From assembly GCA_050116835.1 (NCBI GenBank), contig JASFNW010000006.1:457-64456 (forward strand): a stretch of 64,000 nt of DNA, given 5' to 3'. This DNA comes from Desulfobacterales bacterium. Lineage in GTDB: Bacteria; Desulfobacterota; Desulfobacteria; Desulfobacterales; JAHEIW01. The position numbers were made by a program, and so were the translations under genes. The notes beneath the pieces are model-generated. The model was not told the origin of the DNA. It was given only the letters and a program-made list of their open reading frames with translations, and did not search any database. This document shows, one piece after another, positions 33,948 through 43,707 of the stretch; the stretch's first letter is position 1, and every line of letters begins with the position of its first letter.

Positions 33948-34244
33948 ATGCAGAATATGAAAGAAGAAGATCAGTGGGTGTGGGTGGTGGTTCAGAATCC
34001 CGGCGGCAACGAGCAATTTTTGGGTCAGCACGATGAACAGGAGGACATCTCTTTTATCCCCGCTTTTACCGAAAAGGAGGCCGCCCAGCAGGGTTACCCG
34101 AACCTGACACGCGATCCGGGGCACAAATACGAAGTGCAGGCCATTTTGCGGGAAGAATTGGTAAAAGACGCCGCCGCCGGAGGCTTTTGGGTCTTTTTGC
34201 TCAATGAAAACGGCGATATACTGGAAAAAATAAAGACCGAATAA
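33948..34244 (+). CDS. hypothetical protein
   Basis: 98-aa acidic ORF (MQNMKEEDQWVWVVVQNPGGNEQFLG..) with GAGG upstream. No motif recognised. Confidence 0.5.
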   Translation: MQNMKEEDQWVWVVVQNPGGNEQFLGQHDEQEDISFIPAFTEKEAAQQGYPNLTRDPGHKYEVQAILREELVKDAAAGGFWVFLLNENGDILEKIKTE

Positions 34245-34290
34245 GGCAGGAGACCCATATTAGCTGATAGCTCATAGTAAAAGCTGTGGG

Positions 34291-36291
34291 CTATATGTCC
34301 AGAGCTGCTAAAAATCCCCCGTGAATGGCATCGTTGAGCTTTCCCAGCCTCAAACCATCACCCACCGTGGCAAACGGTATCCCCAGTTTTTTGATTTCCG
34401 CTGAAAGTCCTGGAACGGATTGCGCCCCGGAGGCCAGAATAACACTGTCAAATTGCATCTGTTGGGTCTGATCTTCTTTTTCGAATTTCACAATTCCGTC
34501 GCGGACAGAGGTCACCTTAGTACTGGTTTTCACCTTAACCCCGTAACGCTTCAGGTTATCAAATACAATCCATCGCGTTGACTTGCCGATATCCTGTCCG
34601 ATTTTGGGGAGCATTTCAAAAACAGTGACCTTTGAAGAGCCCCGAAATAATAATTCCCGTAACCGTTCGACACCGATGGCTTCGTATGTAAATAAAAAAT
34701 GAAGGGTCTCCGGTGTTAGCGTGCCTTTGGTCGCAACAAATAAAGCGGTTTCCAGACCCACCGAGCCGCCACCGATAACGGCAACCGATTTCCCGAGTGC
34801 CGGGTTTTCTTTCAAGACCTGCCAGGCAGAATAGACACAGGGATCATCATATCCTTCGATAAGCGGCGTTGACGGTGCAGCACCCTCTGCCAGAATAATA
34901 TAGTCCGGATTTTGCTGCTGGACAAAACTCGGATCAACGGTTGTATTGAGATGCAATGGGATTTGGTGCTTTTTGATCTGCGCCCGGTAATATCGAATGA
35001 ATTCTAAAAGCTCCTGTTTATGCGGCGGGGCACCCGCAATCCACAACTGCCCGCCGATATCTGAATCTTTTTCGAACACGTCGACCTGGTGACCGCAGGC
35101 AGCGGCTGTAATGGCGGCTTCAAGGCCGCTGGCACCCGCCCCCACCACCATGACTTTCTTTGGTTGATCCGTCGTTGAAAGTTGCCGCTCTCCCTCGAAT
35201 CCGGCCCGGGCATTGCCGACACAAAATACCGGCTGCCCGCTGAATACCTGGTCGGTGCAGCCCTGAGAACAACCCACGCAAGGGCGAATTTCATCCGCCT
35301 TGCCCGCAAACGCTTTTTGGGGCCACTGCGGGTCAGCGATCAAGACTCGACCCAGATTAACCATGTCGGCATAACCGTCTCTAATAATCTTTTCAGCGCT
35401 ATCGGGATCCGATATCCGGTTGGATGCGATGATCGGTACACCGACGGTGTTTTTGATATTCAGCGACAAAAAGGCAAAGGCAGCTCGCGGTAGATGCATG
35501 GGCAACTGCGGGACGCGCGATTCATGCCAGCCACCGGTCACATTGATGGCATCCACACCGGCTTTTTCATACACCCGGGCAAATTCCGGTGTATCTGTGT
35601 CGGTATTGCTATCGCGCACAAAATCGTTTCCCGCCATGCGGATCGTCAGCGGATATTCGGCGCCCAGGCGCTTGCGCAGCATTTCAATTAATTCTCTGGG
35701 AAACCGCACCCGGTTTTCAAAGCTGCCACCATAGTCATCGGTTCTCTGGTTGGTGCGCTTGGAAAGAAATTGCGAAATCAAATATCCGGCTGAAGCCAGG
35801 ATTTCGATGCCGTCGAAACCGGCTTGCTTGGCCCTGACCGCTGCCCGGGCGAAGTTTTCTTGGGCCTGCTGAATGTCCGCGATGGTCATTTTACGCGGCG
35901 TCGTCTGGGAGTAACGTGAATAAACCGCAGACGGTGCCATTGGCTGCTCGCCATCGATAAACATAGGGTGCGAGTAAGCTCCGGCATGAAACAATTGAAT
36001 CCAGGCCCGGGCTCCGCCCTCTTTGATGAGATCCGTAAGTTTCCTGAAGTCCGCAATGGCTTCATCATGGGTCAGCGACAAGGCGATGGCGCCCGACCCG
36101 ACAAAATCTACCCCCACCGGCCCGACCGTCACCAAGCCGGACCCGCCTTTGGCTCTTTCTGCAAAATAGTTGTAGTACCGATCGTTGAGCTTTCCATCCG
36201 TTGAGTACAGCAGCCCCAGCGATGGATAGGCGATTCGATTTTTTATTTCCAAGGTATTAATTTGGATGGGGCTGAATAAATAGCGATACAT
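34291..36291 (-). CDS. OYE-like FMN domain + 4Fe-4S + FAD/NAD(P)-binding oxidoreductase (2,4-dienoyl-CoA reductase / amine-demethylase family)
   Basis: Start at ATG 36291 (MYRYLFSPIQINTLEIKNRI, AGGAA 6 nt upstream). OYE-type TIM barrel, Cys cluster RPCVGCSQGCTD, two dinucleotide folds (VMVVGAGASGLEAA, VAVIGGGSVGLETA). The track extension to 36396 runs through a repeat element. Confidence 0.8.
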   Translation of the reverse strand: MYRYLFSPIQINTLEIKNRIAYPSLGLLYSTDGKLNDRYYNYFAERAKGGSGLVTVGPVGVDFVGSGAIALSLTHDEAIADFRKLTDLIKEGGARAWIQLFHAGAYSHPMFIDGEQPMAPSAVYSRYSQTTPRKMTIADIQQAQENFARAAVRAKQAGFDGIEILASAGYLISQFLSKRTNQRTDDYGGSFENRVRFPRELIEMLRKRLGAEYPLTIRMAGNDFVRDSNTDTDTPEFARVYEKAGVDAINVTGGWHESRVPQLPMHLPRAAFAFLSLNIKNTVGVPIIASNRISDPDSAEKIIRDGYADMVNLGRVLIADPQWPQKAFAGKADEIRPCVGCSQGCTDQVFSGQPVFCVGNARAGFEGERQLSTTDQPKKVMVVGAGASGLEAAITAAACGHQVDVFEKDSDIGGQLWIAGAPPHKQELLEFIRYYRAQIKKHQIPLHLNTTVDPSFVQQQNPDYIILAEGAAPSTPLIEGYDDPCVYSAWQVLKENPALGKSVAVIGGGSVGLETALFVATKGTLTPETLHFLFTYEAIGVERLRELLFRGSSKVTVFEMLPKIGQDIGKSTRWIVFDNLKRYGVKVKTSTKVTSVRDGIVKFEKEDQTQQMQFDSVILASGAQSVPGLSAEIKKLGIPFATVGDGLRLGKLNDAIHGGFLAALDI

Positions 36292-36360
36292 ACACATTTC
36301 CTTTAAAAATTTTACACGGTTATCTGGGAACCTCCAGTTGGATACATCTGATATTGACTC

Positions 36361-36442
36361 ACCACGAAGAACACGAAGATCTAAAAGGGAAAACACATAA
36401 ATTTACTTTTATCCTTTCGTGTCCTTCGTGCCCTTCGTGGTT
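36361..36442. repeat. CACGAAA-type intergenic palindromic element (copy A)
   Basis: ACCACGAAGAACACGAAGA ...spacer... CCTTCGTGCCCTTCGTGGT. The arms are reverse complements apart from 3-4 mismatches. Same family as 52349-52432 and 62259-62342. Confidence 0.7.
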
Positions 36443-36626
36443 ATGTAAACCTCACTTGAGCTTTCTGCATAACAATAAAAGTTAATATAAACAATAGTCG
36501 CTTCAGCACCGGTGTATCTCGAAATTCGTGCGGATCGGCTCTAAAAGTCGAAAAAGGGGAACAGGGTAGCATTGCTTCTGATTTATTTTTAAGCTCACCG
36601 ACAGCTGCAGGCCAAAGGCAACACCG

Positions 36627-37778
36627 TTATCTTACTACAAGTTCCAGGGGCATCCGCGATAGAGATTCACAGCCCGCGTCTGTTACCACCACCGTGTGAC
36701 CGAAGCACATAGCCTTTTCAGCAGCGCTATCCATGAGAATCATGTGGAGGAAAAAGACCATGTTGGGCTGAGCCACCACTGGATTACCGTGATAGAACAT
36801 GGGCCAGTCCATCCAGTTGGGCGCGAAGGTAGTCCCCAAGCTGTAGCCTGTTGCATTGAGCCGATGCGGTTTCATGCCGGCGTCATCGCAGACCCGGGCA
36901 TATGCGTCGAATACTTCACCAATGGGACGTCCCGGCCTCAATGCCGCCTCACAGGCCGTCATGGCCGCCATGCAACAATCGTAAAGTCCCGAGTGGCGGG
37001 GGGTGAGCCTTCCCACTGGAATGGTCCGCATCAAGGCGGCATGGTAGTGACGATATACGCCGGCAAATTCCAGGGTCAGCTGATCTTCGGGATCAAGATG
37101 GCGGCGTCCGGTAAAGTATCGGCACAGGAGTGCATCTTGCCCTGATCCGATAATGAATTCGTTTCCCGGATAATCGCCGCCCCCCCGGAACACAGCCCCT
37201 TGCATAGCGGCAAGGATATCCCCCTCGAAAGCGTTTGGACCGACAATTCGATGGGCTTCCTGGAGGGCCTGATCAGCCAGCTCAGCAGCCTTGCGGACAT
37301 AAGCCATTTCGGCAGGGCTCTTGACAACCCGCAGACGGCTCACCAGGTCGGAAGCATCCTCCAGTTCGCAGAATCCGTCCAGAGCCTTGTCCAGTTTTCG
37401 ACCATTGGCAGCGGTCAATCCATACGCCTCAAATTCCACGCCGAGCTTTTTGCCCTGACATCCGTATTCAGCAAGGATTTCCTTCAATTCAAGGGCGGGA
37501 TTCGCATCCGATCGATCCAGCCAGATTCGAACATCTTCGATGATGGATGTATGCTCTGCCTGTCTCAGGTCCGGGGCCCGGGTCAGAAGCGTCATACGAC
37601 CGTCACCGTGAAGGTAAAGGCACTGGAAAAAGACATACCCGAACGTATCGTAACCGGTCAGATAGTACATGCTCTCCTGGCGAAACATCAGTAAGCCGTC
37701 TACATGTCTTGCTTGCATCGCCGCAAGGGTATTTTGCTGACGATCGTAAAATTCCTCTTTTGTGAAATGTATTCCCAT
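36627..37778 (-). CDS. M24-family metallohydrolase (Xaa-Pro peptidase / creatinase-like)
   Basis: Creatinase-type N-terminal domain (..GLLMFRQESMYYLTGYDT..) and a pita-bread C-terminal domain (..HYHAALMRT.., ..GYSLG.., ..FFLHMIL..). Start at ATG 37778 (GAGGGA 7 nt upstream) is preferred over 37793. Confidence 0.8.
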   Translation of the reverse strand: MGIHFTKEEFYDRQQNTLAAMQARHVDGLLMFRQESMYYLTGYDTFGYVFFQCLYLHGDGRMTLLTRAPDLRQAEHTSIIEDVRIWLDRSDANPALELKEILAEYGCQGKKLGVEFEAYGLTAANGRKLDKALDGFCELEDASDLVSRLRVVKSPAEMAYVRKAAELADQALQEAHRIVGPNAFEGDILAAMQGAVFRGGGDYPGNEFIIGSGQDALLCRYFTGRRHLDPEDQLTLEFAGVYRHYHAALMRTIPVGRLTPRHSGLYDCCMAAMTACEAALRPGRPIGEVFDAYARVCDDAGMKPHRLNATGYSLGTTFAPNWMDWPMFYHGNPVVAQPNMVFFLHMILMDSAAEKAMCFGHTVVVTDAGCESLSRMPLELVVR

Positions 37779-38100
37779 TTTTAAATCCCTCATTTTTGAA
37801 TGCAGATTTGCCGGTTAAAGTGATGAGCATAGTGACTCTGAAAGACATTGTAAAGGTCAATTTAATCCGGGCACGCACAAGACAAGCAGGTGCATTTCAA
37901 CCGGGAAGAATGGGCGGCAGATGACAGCGGCTTTGACCCGAAAAAGGCAAGCGACCCCGTCTGGGGCGACATTAAACAGATAGAAATAAAAGGGTATTGA
38001 GGTTTTAACCCAATTATAATAACATATTATACAATATTGATTGCCGAATCATCCATTTTTGAAATTCGAGCGCCAAAAAACCAGGCAAGGAAACGCGACC

Positions 38101-38610
38101 ATGGCCGAAGACAGCATCGAAGACAAAGGAAAACCATCCGGAAAAAATGTTGCGGATCGCGATGATGAAAACCTTCCGGAGGACGAGGCACGCCCGGAAA
38201 CCGTCGAAGCCGCTCCTGACGAAGACGGTGAAAAAGCCAAAAAAAGCCCAACTGAAGAAACCGTTAGCCAGGAAAAAAAACAGCCTGACGCCCAACCGGA
38301 TCCTTTAGCTTCCGCCAACGACAGCCCTGAACAAATACAAGCTGTTGAAGACTTTGATCTGAATTTATTATTGGAGATTCCACTGGAAATAACCGTTGAA
38401 CTGGGGCGTAAACGCGTTCGGATTCAGGAATTGCTCGAGCTTGCGCCCGGCTCGACGGTCAGTCTGGCCAAACTCGAGAATGAGCCGGTTGACATACTGG
38501 CAAATGACAAATTGATTGCCAGAGGAAAAGTCGTTTTGCAGAATAAAAAATATGGCATTCGCATCACTGAAATTACCAGCCGCATGAACCGCATCAAAAG
38601 CCTGCACTGA
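38101..38610 (+). CDS. FliN/SpoA-domain protein (orphan)
   Basis: Acidic low-complexity N-terminus, then a SpoA domain: LLLEIPLEITVELGRKRVRIQELLELAPGSTVSLAKLENEPVDILANDKLIARGKVVLQNKKYGIRITEI. ATG 38101. No other flagellar or T3SS genes lie in the window. Confidence 0.65.
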   Translation: MAEDSIEDKGKPSGKNVADRDDENLPEDEARPETVEAAPDEDGEKAKKSPTEETVSQEKKQPDAQPDPLASANDSPEQIQAVEDFDLNLLLEIPLEITVELGRKRVRIQELLELAPGSTVSLAKLENEPVDILANDKLIARGKVVLQNKKYGIRITEITSRMNRIKSLH

Positions 38611-38625
38611 AACCCATCCTAAACA

Positions 38626-38656
38626 GTTGCGCCCGTTTCCCGTCGACCCGTTAAGG
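38626..38656. repeat. AACGGGC-type element (copy 3, single arm)
   Basis: The minus strand reads CCTTAACGGGTCGACGGGAAACGGGCGCAAC; compare TTAACGGGCAACGGGCTAAACC at 3143-3164. Also forms GTTTCC..GGAAAC. It lies between convergent genes. Confidence 0.45.
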
Positions 38657-38669
38657 AAACAAATTGCAG

Positions 38670-38924
38670 CTATTCTTTTTGTGACGGTACGGCCAACGTC
38701 CTCACATCGTGGCCGGTCACTGCTAAAAACCGCTTGAGATTTGCGTTCGCTATCACCAGAAAATGGCGCTTTCCTTTATGATCCCGAAAAAAGAGATTCT
38801 TGGTCTTGGCCGCCGGCAGCGGCGGCACAAGCCGCTTGACATCTTCTACGGTATAAACCGGGGGATGATCGACACGTTCGTAATCGATGTGATGCTCAGC
38901 GAGTATGTGATAGAGGTCGGCCAT
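38670..38924 (-). pseudogene. 3'-truncated YbaK/aminoacyl-tRNA-deacylase-like gene
   Basis: MADLYHILAEHHIDYERVDHPPVYTVEDVKRLVPPLPAAKTKNLFFRDHKGKRHFLVI.. matches the N-terminal half of YbaK/ProX-type proteins. The frame stops after ~84 aa, and only 59 nt remain before the convergent gene. The C-terminal half is therefore missing. Confidence 0.5.
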
Positions 38925-39116
38925 TGGCTTTTTACTCCTTTTCATTTTGAAAAACATTTCCTTTGATTAAAGTCAAGTGTCAAGCGGTTTGCGTGCTTGT
39001 AAATCCGGCGCAAACGGACGGTTGTCTGTCTGTGCTGACGATTACTCCTTGACAGCCAAATCGGTGTGTCGATATACCAAAACCCTTGAGTAACCCATCA
39101 CGGATCGGAGACCCTC

Positions 39117-40094
39117 ATGCAGAAAAATCAACTGCTTTACCTGTCAAAAGCCGATGTGGAAACCATCGGCGTCACGATGGCTGAAATCATTAAATCTTTG
39201 AAGGTCGCTTTTCGCGCCAAAGGTGAAGGCCGCACCGAAATGCCCCCCAAACCGGGGATTCACCCCGGCGGGGGCGACAATTTCATTCATGCCATGCCGG
39301 CCTACATTGCAGATTTAGATTCGGCCGGCATCAAGTGGGTTGCCGGATTTCCGGAAAACCCCCAGAAGGGTTTGCCTTACATCACCGGTCTGTTGATATT
39401 CAATGATGTCGAGACGGGTTTGCCGCTTGCCGTAATGGATTGCGCCTGGATCACGGCCATGCGAACCGGAGCGGCCACTGCCGTGGCCGCCAGCTATCTG
39501 GCGCGCCCGGAATCATCGGTGGTGGGCATGCTGGGTTGCGGTGTGCAGGGGCGCAGTAATTTGGAAGCCCTAAATGAATTGTTTCCTTTAACAACAGTCA
39601 GTGCCTATGACGTGAATGCTGAAACCCTGCAAAAATATGCCGCGGAAATCCACGCCGACCTGGGCCTGGAAGTTATACCGGCGGCAACACCCCGGGAGGC
39701 CGTCAGTGGCTGCGATATCGTGGTAACCGCCGGTCCGATTTTAAGAACACCGCATGCCACGATTAAGGCCGGCTGGCTGGACGAGGGGGCTTTTGCCTCC
39801 CTGGTGGATTATGATTCTTACTGGGATCCGGAAGCCATGGGCGAGGTGGCCAAATTTTGTACGGACGATACCGCCCAATTGCGCCTCGGTCGACAAATGG
39901 GATATTTCAAAGAAATTCCAGATATTTATGCTGATTTGGGCGAACTGGCGAGCGCTCAAAAGCCCGGGCGGCAATCCGCTGAAGAACGAACGATGACCGC
40001 CAATCTGGGCCTGGCCCTGGATGATATGGCGGTTGCCCCCCTTCTATACCAGCGTGCTGTTGAGCAGGGAATTGGCACTTGGTTGCCGCTCTAA
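39117..40094 (+). CDS. ornithine cyclodeaminase / mu-crystallin family enzyme
   Basis: 325 aa. Rossmann motif MLGCGVQGRSN and family-typical ..AMPAY......G.KWV..FP.N....LP.I.G...... Confidence 0.8.
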   Translation: MQKNQLLYLSKADVETIGVTMAEIIKSLKVAFRAKGEGRTEMPPKPGIHPGGGDNFIHAMPAYIADLDSAGIKWVAGFPENPQKGLPYITGLLIFNDVETGLPLAVMDCAWITAMRTGAATAVAASYLARPESSVVGMLGCGVQGRSNLEALNELFPLTTVSAYDVNAETLQKYAAEIHADLGLEVIPAATPREAVSGCDIVVTAGPILRTPHATIKAGWLDEGAFASLVDYDSYWDPEAMGEVAKFCTDDTAQLRLGRQMGYFKEIPDIYADLGELASAQKPGRQSAEERTMTANLGLALDDMAVAPLLYQRAVEQGIGTWLPL

Positions 40095-40172
40095 ATTCGA
40101 AATTTGAATCTCGGATTTCGGGCTTCGGATTTTAATTCGACTTGTGCAAATACGATAAAAAAGGGAGCCAAA

Positions 40173-41351
40173 TTGACTCAAACTGACCATGTGTATGATG
40201 TCATTATCGTGGGCGGTGGCATCATGGGCAGCGCCACAGCTTATTACCTGATGACGGCCGATCCAACGCTAAAGGTTGCCGTGGTTGAGCGCGATCCGAC
40301 TTATGCACAGGCGTCAACCACGCTTTCGATGAGCAATGTTCGCACCCAGTTCAGTTTAAAAGAAAACGTTCAGATTTCCCAGTACGCTCTGGATATTCTC
40401 AGCGCCTTTGAAGAAGATATGGCTGTGGACGGCCAGAAACCGAGAATATATTTTCGGCAGGAGGGTAATCTTTTTCTGGTTGCGGCCGGCGCAGAAGATG
40501 CCGCCCGGCAGGCCTACCAGATGCAGACACAACTCGGTTGCCGGGTTGAATGGTGGTCACCGCAAAAGATCAAAAATCATTACCCGCTGTATGAGCCACA
40601 GCCTTTTGTGGCCGGGACCTTCGGCCCGGACGACGGTTATATTGATGCCTATGCCGTTTTGATGGGTTATAAGTCCAGAGCCCGATCCCTGGGTGCAACC
40701 TATGTTGCGGACCAAGTCGTTCAGATCAACAAGGATCATTCACTGGTGAGCGGTGTGCAACTGGCATCTCAAGATCATTTATCAGCTAAAATCGTTCTCA
40801 ACTGCGCCGGTGCATGGTCTGCCGATGTGGCCAAGACAGCAGGCGTAGAACTGCCGGTTGTTCCCGTCAAACGGCAGGTGTTCGCCCTGGAGACGGCCGT
40901 CAAACCCGAAAGCCCGCTTCCATTAACCGTACTGCCCTCGGGTTTGTATTTTCGGTCAGAAACGGGCGGCATTATCTTATTGGGTAAATCGATGGCGGAT
41001 GATGCAATCGGATTCAACTTTAACTGGGATGAAAAGCGGTTTTTAGACATCTTATGGCCGGAATTGGCCGAGTTTGTCCCGGCCTTCGATACGCTTAAAC
41101 TGCGCCGGGGCTGGGCCGGTTTATACGCCGTCAACACCCTGGATGGAAATGCCATTTTAGGCGAATGGCCTGAGCTCATGGGTTTTTATCTGGCCAATGG
41201 TTTTTCCGGCCATGGGCTGCAACAGGGACCGGCGGTCGGAAGATATTTAAGTGAGCTGATTTTAGGCCGCCCGGTGTCTTTGGATTTATCTATTTTCGGG
41301 CCCGAGAGGATTCTTGAAAAGCGGCCATTAAGTGAAAAGGGCATTGTTTAG
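40173..41351 (+). CDS. FAD-dependent oxidoreductase (DAO family; D-amino-acid/sarcosine-oxidase-beta-like)
   Basis: DVIIVGGGIMGSATAYYL dinucleotide fold. Start set at TTG 40173 (AGGGAG 5 nt upstream). The track start at 40104 runs through a repeat-like spacer. Confidence 0.8.
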   Translation: MTQTDHVYDVIIVGGGIMGSATAYYLMTADPTLKVAVVERDPTYAQASTTLSMSNVRTQFSLKENVQISQYALDILSAFEEDMAVDGQKPRIYFRQEGNLFLVAAGAEDAARQAYQMQTQLGCRVEWWSPQKIKNHYPLYEPQPFVAGTFGPDDGYIDAYAVLMGYKSRARSLGATYVADQVVQINKDHSLVSGVQLASQDHLSAKIVLNCAGAWSADVAKTAGVELPVVPVKRQVFALETAVKPESPLPLTVLPSGLYFRSETGGIILLGKSMADDAIGFNFNWDEKRFLDILWPELAEFVPAFDTLKLRRGWAGLYAVNTLDGNAILGEWPELMGFYLANGFSGHGLQQGPAVGRYLSELILGRPVSLDLSIFGPERILEKRPLSEKGIV

Positions 41352-41376
41352 GTTGAAATAAATTCAGACAAGTGAG

Positions 41377-41405
41377 TTGACATCTGGTTTGCAAAATGCT
41401 TAGAT
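41377..41405 (+). promoter_or_regulatory. candidate sigma-70 promoter of the ABC-transporter operon
   Basis: TTGACA (41377-41382), 17-nt spacer, TTAGAT (41400-41405). About 110 nt upstream of ATG 41514. Confidence 0.35.
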
Positions 41406-41513
41406 AGCCCGATTTGATGGCCGCAAACTGGCGGTCAGGGCGCATTTATCGTTGGTTGAATCCTATAAGTAATCGCGAGCTCGTTTTTCTGCGCATTAAT
41501 TTGGAACCCTGTT

Positions 41514-42287
41514 ATGGCTGAACTGGTACTGGAAAACGTATCCAAGCGATTCGGCGGCCTTCTGGCGGTCAATAGCCTTGATCTGCAAGTCCCCACCGGA
41601 AAAATCCTGAGTTTGATCGGTCCAAACGGAGCGGGAAAAACAACTGTTTTTAATATGATTACAGGTGTTTATCCACCAACCGAGGGAACGATTAGCTACA
41701 GAGGCAAAAAGCTCAATCATCTCAGGAGCAACCGCATTATCGCCCAGGGCATTGCCCGTACCTTCCAAAACATCCGGCTGTTCAAATCGATGACCGTTCT
41801 GGAAAATGTCAAAGTCGGAATGCATTGCCGGACCCAAAGCGGTGCGGTCCGAGCCCTGCTGAAAACACCCGCTGTGAAGCGGGAGGAAAAGGAGATTGTC
41901 GAAAAATCCCTTGAAATTTTGGAATTTATCGGCCTGACCCGCTTCCACAATGATTATGCATCGGGTTTGCCCTATGGCGAACAGCGCCGCCTGGAAATCG
42001 CCCGGGCATTGGCGACCCAACCGGATCTATTGCTACTCGATGAGCCCGCCGCCGGCATGAATCCCAGAGAAACCGCCGACCTGATGGATTTAATTATGAA
42101 GATACGGGAGACGGGCCTGACCATCTTCCTGGTTGAACATGATATGAGACTGGTGATGGGGATCTCCGAAATCGTAACGGTTTTGGATTACGGCCAAAAA
42201 ATTGCCGAGGGTAGCCCAAAAGAAATTCAGCAAAATGAAAAGGTCATCGAAGCATATTTGGGAACCGGTGCCAAAACAAAGAATTAG
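41514..42287 (+). CDS. livG: branched-chain-type amino-acid ABC transporter ATPase (LivG-like)
   Basis: 257 aa. Walker A GPNGAGKTT, signature YGEQRRLEIARAL, Walker B LLLLDEPAAG. Confidence 0.85.
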   Translation: MAELVLENVSKRFGGLLAVNSLDLQVPTGKILSLIGPNGAGKTTVFNMITGVYPPTEGTISYRGKKLNHLRSNRIIAQGIARTFQNIRLFKSMTVLENVKVGMHCRTQSGAVRALLKTPAVKREEKEIVEKSLEILEFIGLTRFHNDYASGLPYGEQRRLEIARALATQPDLLLLDEPAAGMNPRETADLMDLIMKIRETGLTIFLVEHDMRLVMGISEIVTVLDYGQKIAEGSPKEIQQNEKVIEAYLGTGAKTKN

Positions 42288-42375
42288 GCACCTTCAGGAA
42301 CCTGAGTGCCATGTGCTCAGGATTCAGTAACCATTAGTTAACAATGATGAAAAAGATGCAAAAGGAGGTAACACC

Positions 42376-43500
42376 ATGCGAAAAATCGGAATTATTGCAC
42401 TTTGCCTGACCCTGATCATCGGTTTTCACGGCCTGGCTTTTGCCAAAACTCTTAAAATCGGCACATTGAGCCCCCTGACGGGACCCTATGCCCAGGACGG
42501 CACAGACATCCTGCAGGGTGTGAAAACGGCCGTATCTGTTTTTGGCAAGGTGCCCGGATATGACGATGTAGAGGTTATTCCAGGCGATAGTGCCTGTGAT
42601 GGCGGCAAAGCGACTATGGCCGCCAACAAACTCATCAACAGCGGCGTGGATGTGGTGGTCGGCGCCTATTGCTCATCGGCCACCGAACCGGCACAGATTC
42701 CGCTAATGGAAGCCAAGGTCGTTCAGATCACCCCGGCTTCAACCAATGAGCGCCTGACATCCAAAGGGTATGAGTATTTCTTCCGCATGCCGCCCCGGGA
42801 TGATGTGCAGGCCTGGTCCACGGTGCAGTTTCTCGAAAACAAACTCAATGCCAAAACCATCGCCTTAATTGATGACAAGCAGACCTACACCGCCGGACTG
42901 ACCGAAAACATCACCAAGTTCGTTAAGGAAAATGACAAGGTCAAAGTCGTGGCGCACGAACACATCACGCCGGGAGACAGCGACTTTACAGCCGTATTGA
43001 CCAAGCTGAAAAGACTCAGCCCGGATGCGATCTATGCATCTGTTTACCAGCCTGAGGGATCTAAAATGATCCAGCAATACCGCAAACTGGGCCTTACCGC
43101 CGATTTCATCAGCGAAGATGCTGTTTTTCATCCCAAGTTTCTGGAAGTCGGCGGCCCGGCGGCCGAAGGCGCCTATCTAACTTTCGCCAAGGCCCCGGAT
43201 ACTCCCGAAAGAAGCAACTTCGAAACGACCTACAAAAAAATGTGGAATGTCGACAATGTCGGATCCTATGCCTATTATGCCTACGATGCCGCCATGATGG
43301 CGCTGGAGGCGATTAAAAAGGCGGGCACCACCGATTCCGACACGTTGCAAAAGGTCATCCGCGAAAACTCCTGGTCGGGTGTTACCGGTGACATCAAATT
43401 TGATGAAAAAGGCGACCGCAAACTGGCTCACATCGTCTGGGTCGTCAAAGACAACAACTTTGTGCCGTACTGGGATCCGATGACCGGCAAGGACCTTTAA
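42376..43500 (+). CDS. periplasmic substrate-binding protein (LivK/PBP1 family)
   Basis: 374 aa. Signal peptide MRKIGIIALCLTLIIGFHGLAFA and a type-1 PBP pattern (LKIGTLSPLTGPYA..). AAGGAGG RBS. Confidence 0.85.
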   Translation: MRKIGIIALCLTLIIGFHGLAFAKTLKIGTLSPLTGPYAQDGTDILQGVKTAVSVFGKVPGYDDVEVIPGDSACDGGKATMAANKLINSGVDVVVGAYCSSATEPAQIPLMEAKVVQITPASTNERLTSKGYEYFFRMPPRDDVQAWSTVQFLENKLNAKTIALIDDKQTYTAGLTENITKFVKENDKVKVVAHEHITPGDSDFTAVLTKLKRLSPDAIYASVYQPEGSKMIQQYRKLGLTADFISEDAVFHPKFLEVGGPAAEGAYLTFAKAPDTPERSNFETTYKKMWNVDNVGSYAYYAYDAAMMALEAIKKAGTTDSDTLQKVIRENSWSGVTGDIKFDEKGDRKLAHIVWVVKDNNFVPYWDPMTGKDL

Positions 43501-43510
43501 ACCATTCTTT

Positions 43511-43543
43511 GGACCGGGCAGTTTCATGCCCGGTCCATTTTTT
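43511..43543 (+). terminator. rho-independent terminator/attenuator after the binding-protein gene
   Basis: GGACCGGGCA-GTTTCA-TGCCCGGTCC (perfect 10-bp stem) followed by ATTTTTT. It lies 10 nt after the stop at 43500. This is the classic arrangement for over-expressing the SBP relative to the permease genes. Confidence 0.85.
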
Positions 43544-43707
43544 ACAATATCAAAGACGATCAGAAATCCGAATCAAACCGCGTCGGACCGAACAAGAGAT
43601 TTTTTTCGTCGGTCTTCTGTTGGCCAACCGCCGATAAAGCGAGGATTTGTCGACAGGGGGCAACGCTGGAAGGAATAAAATCAAGCTGAAAAGGACCGTA
43701 TAACCGA

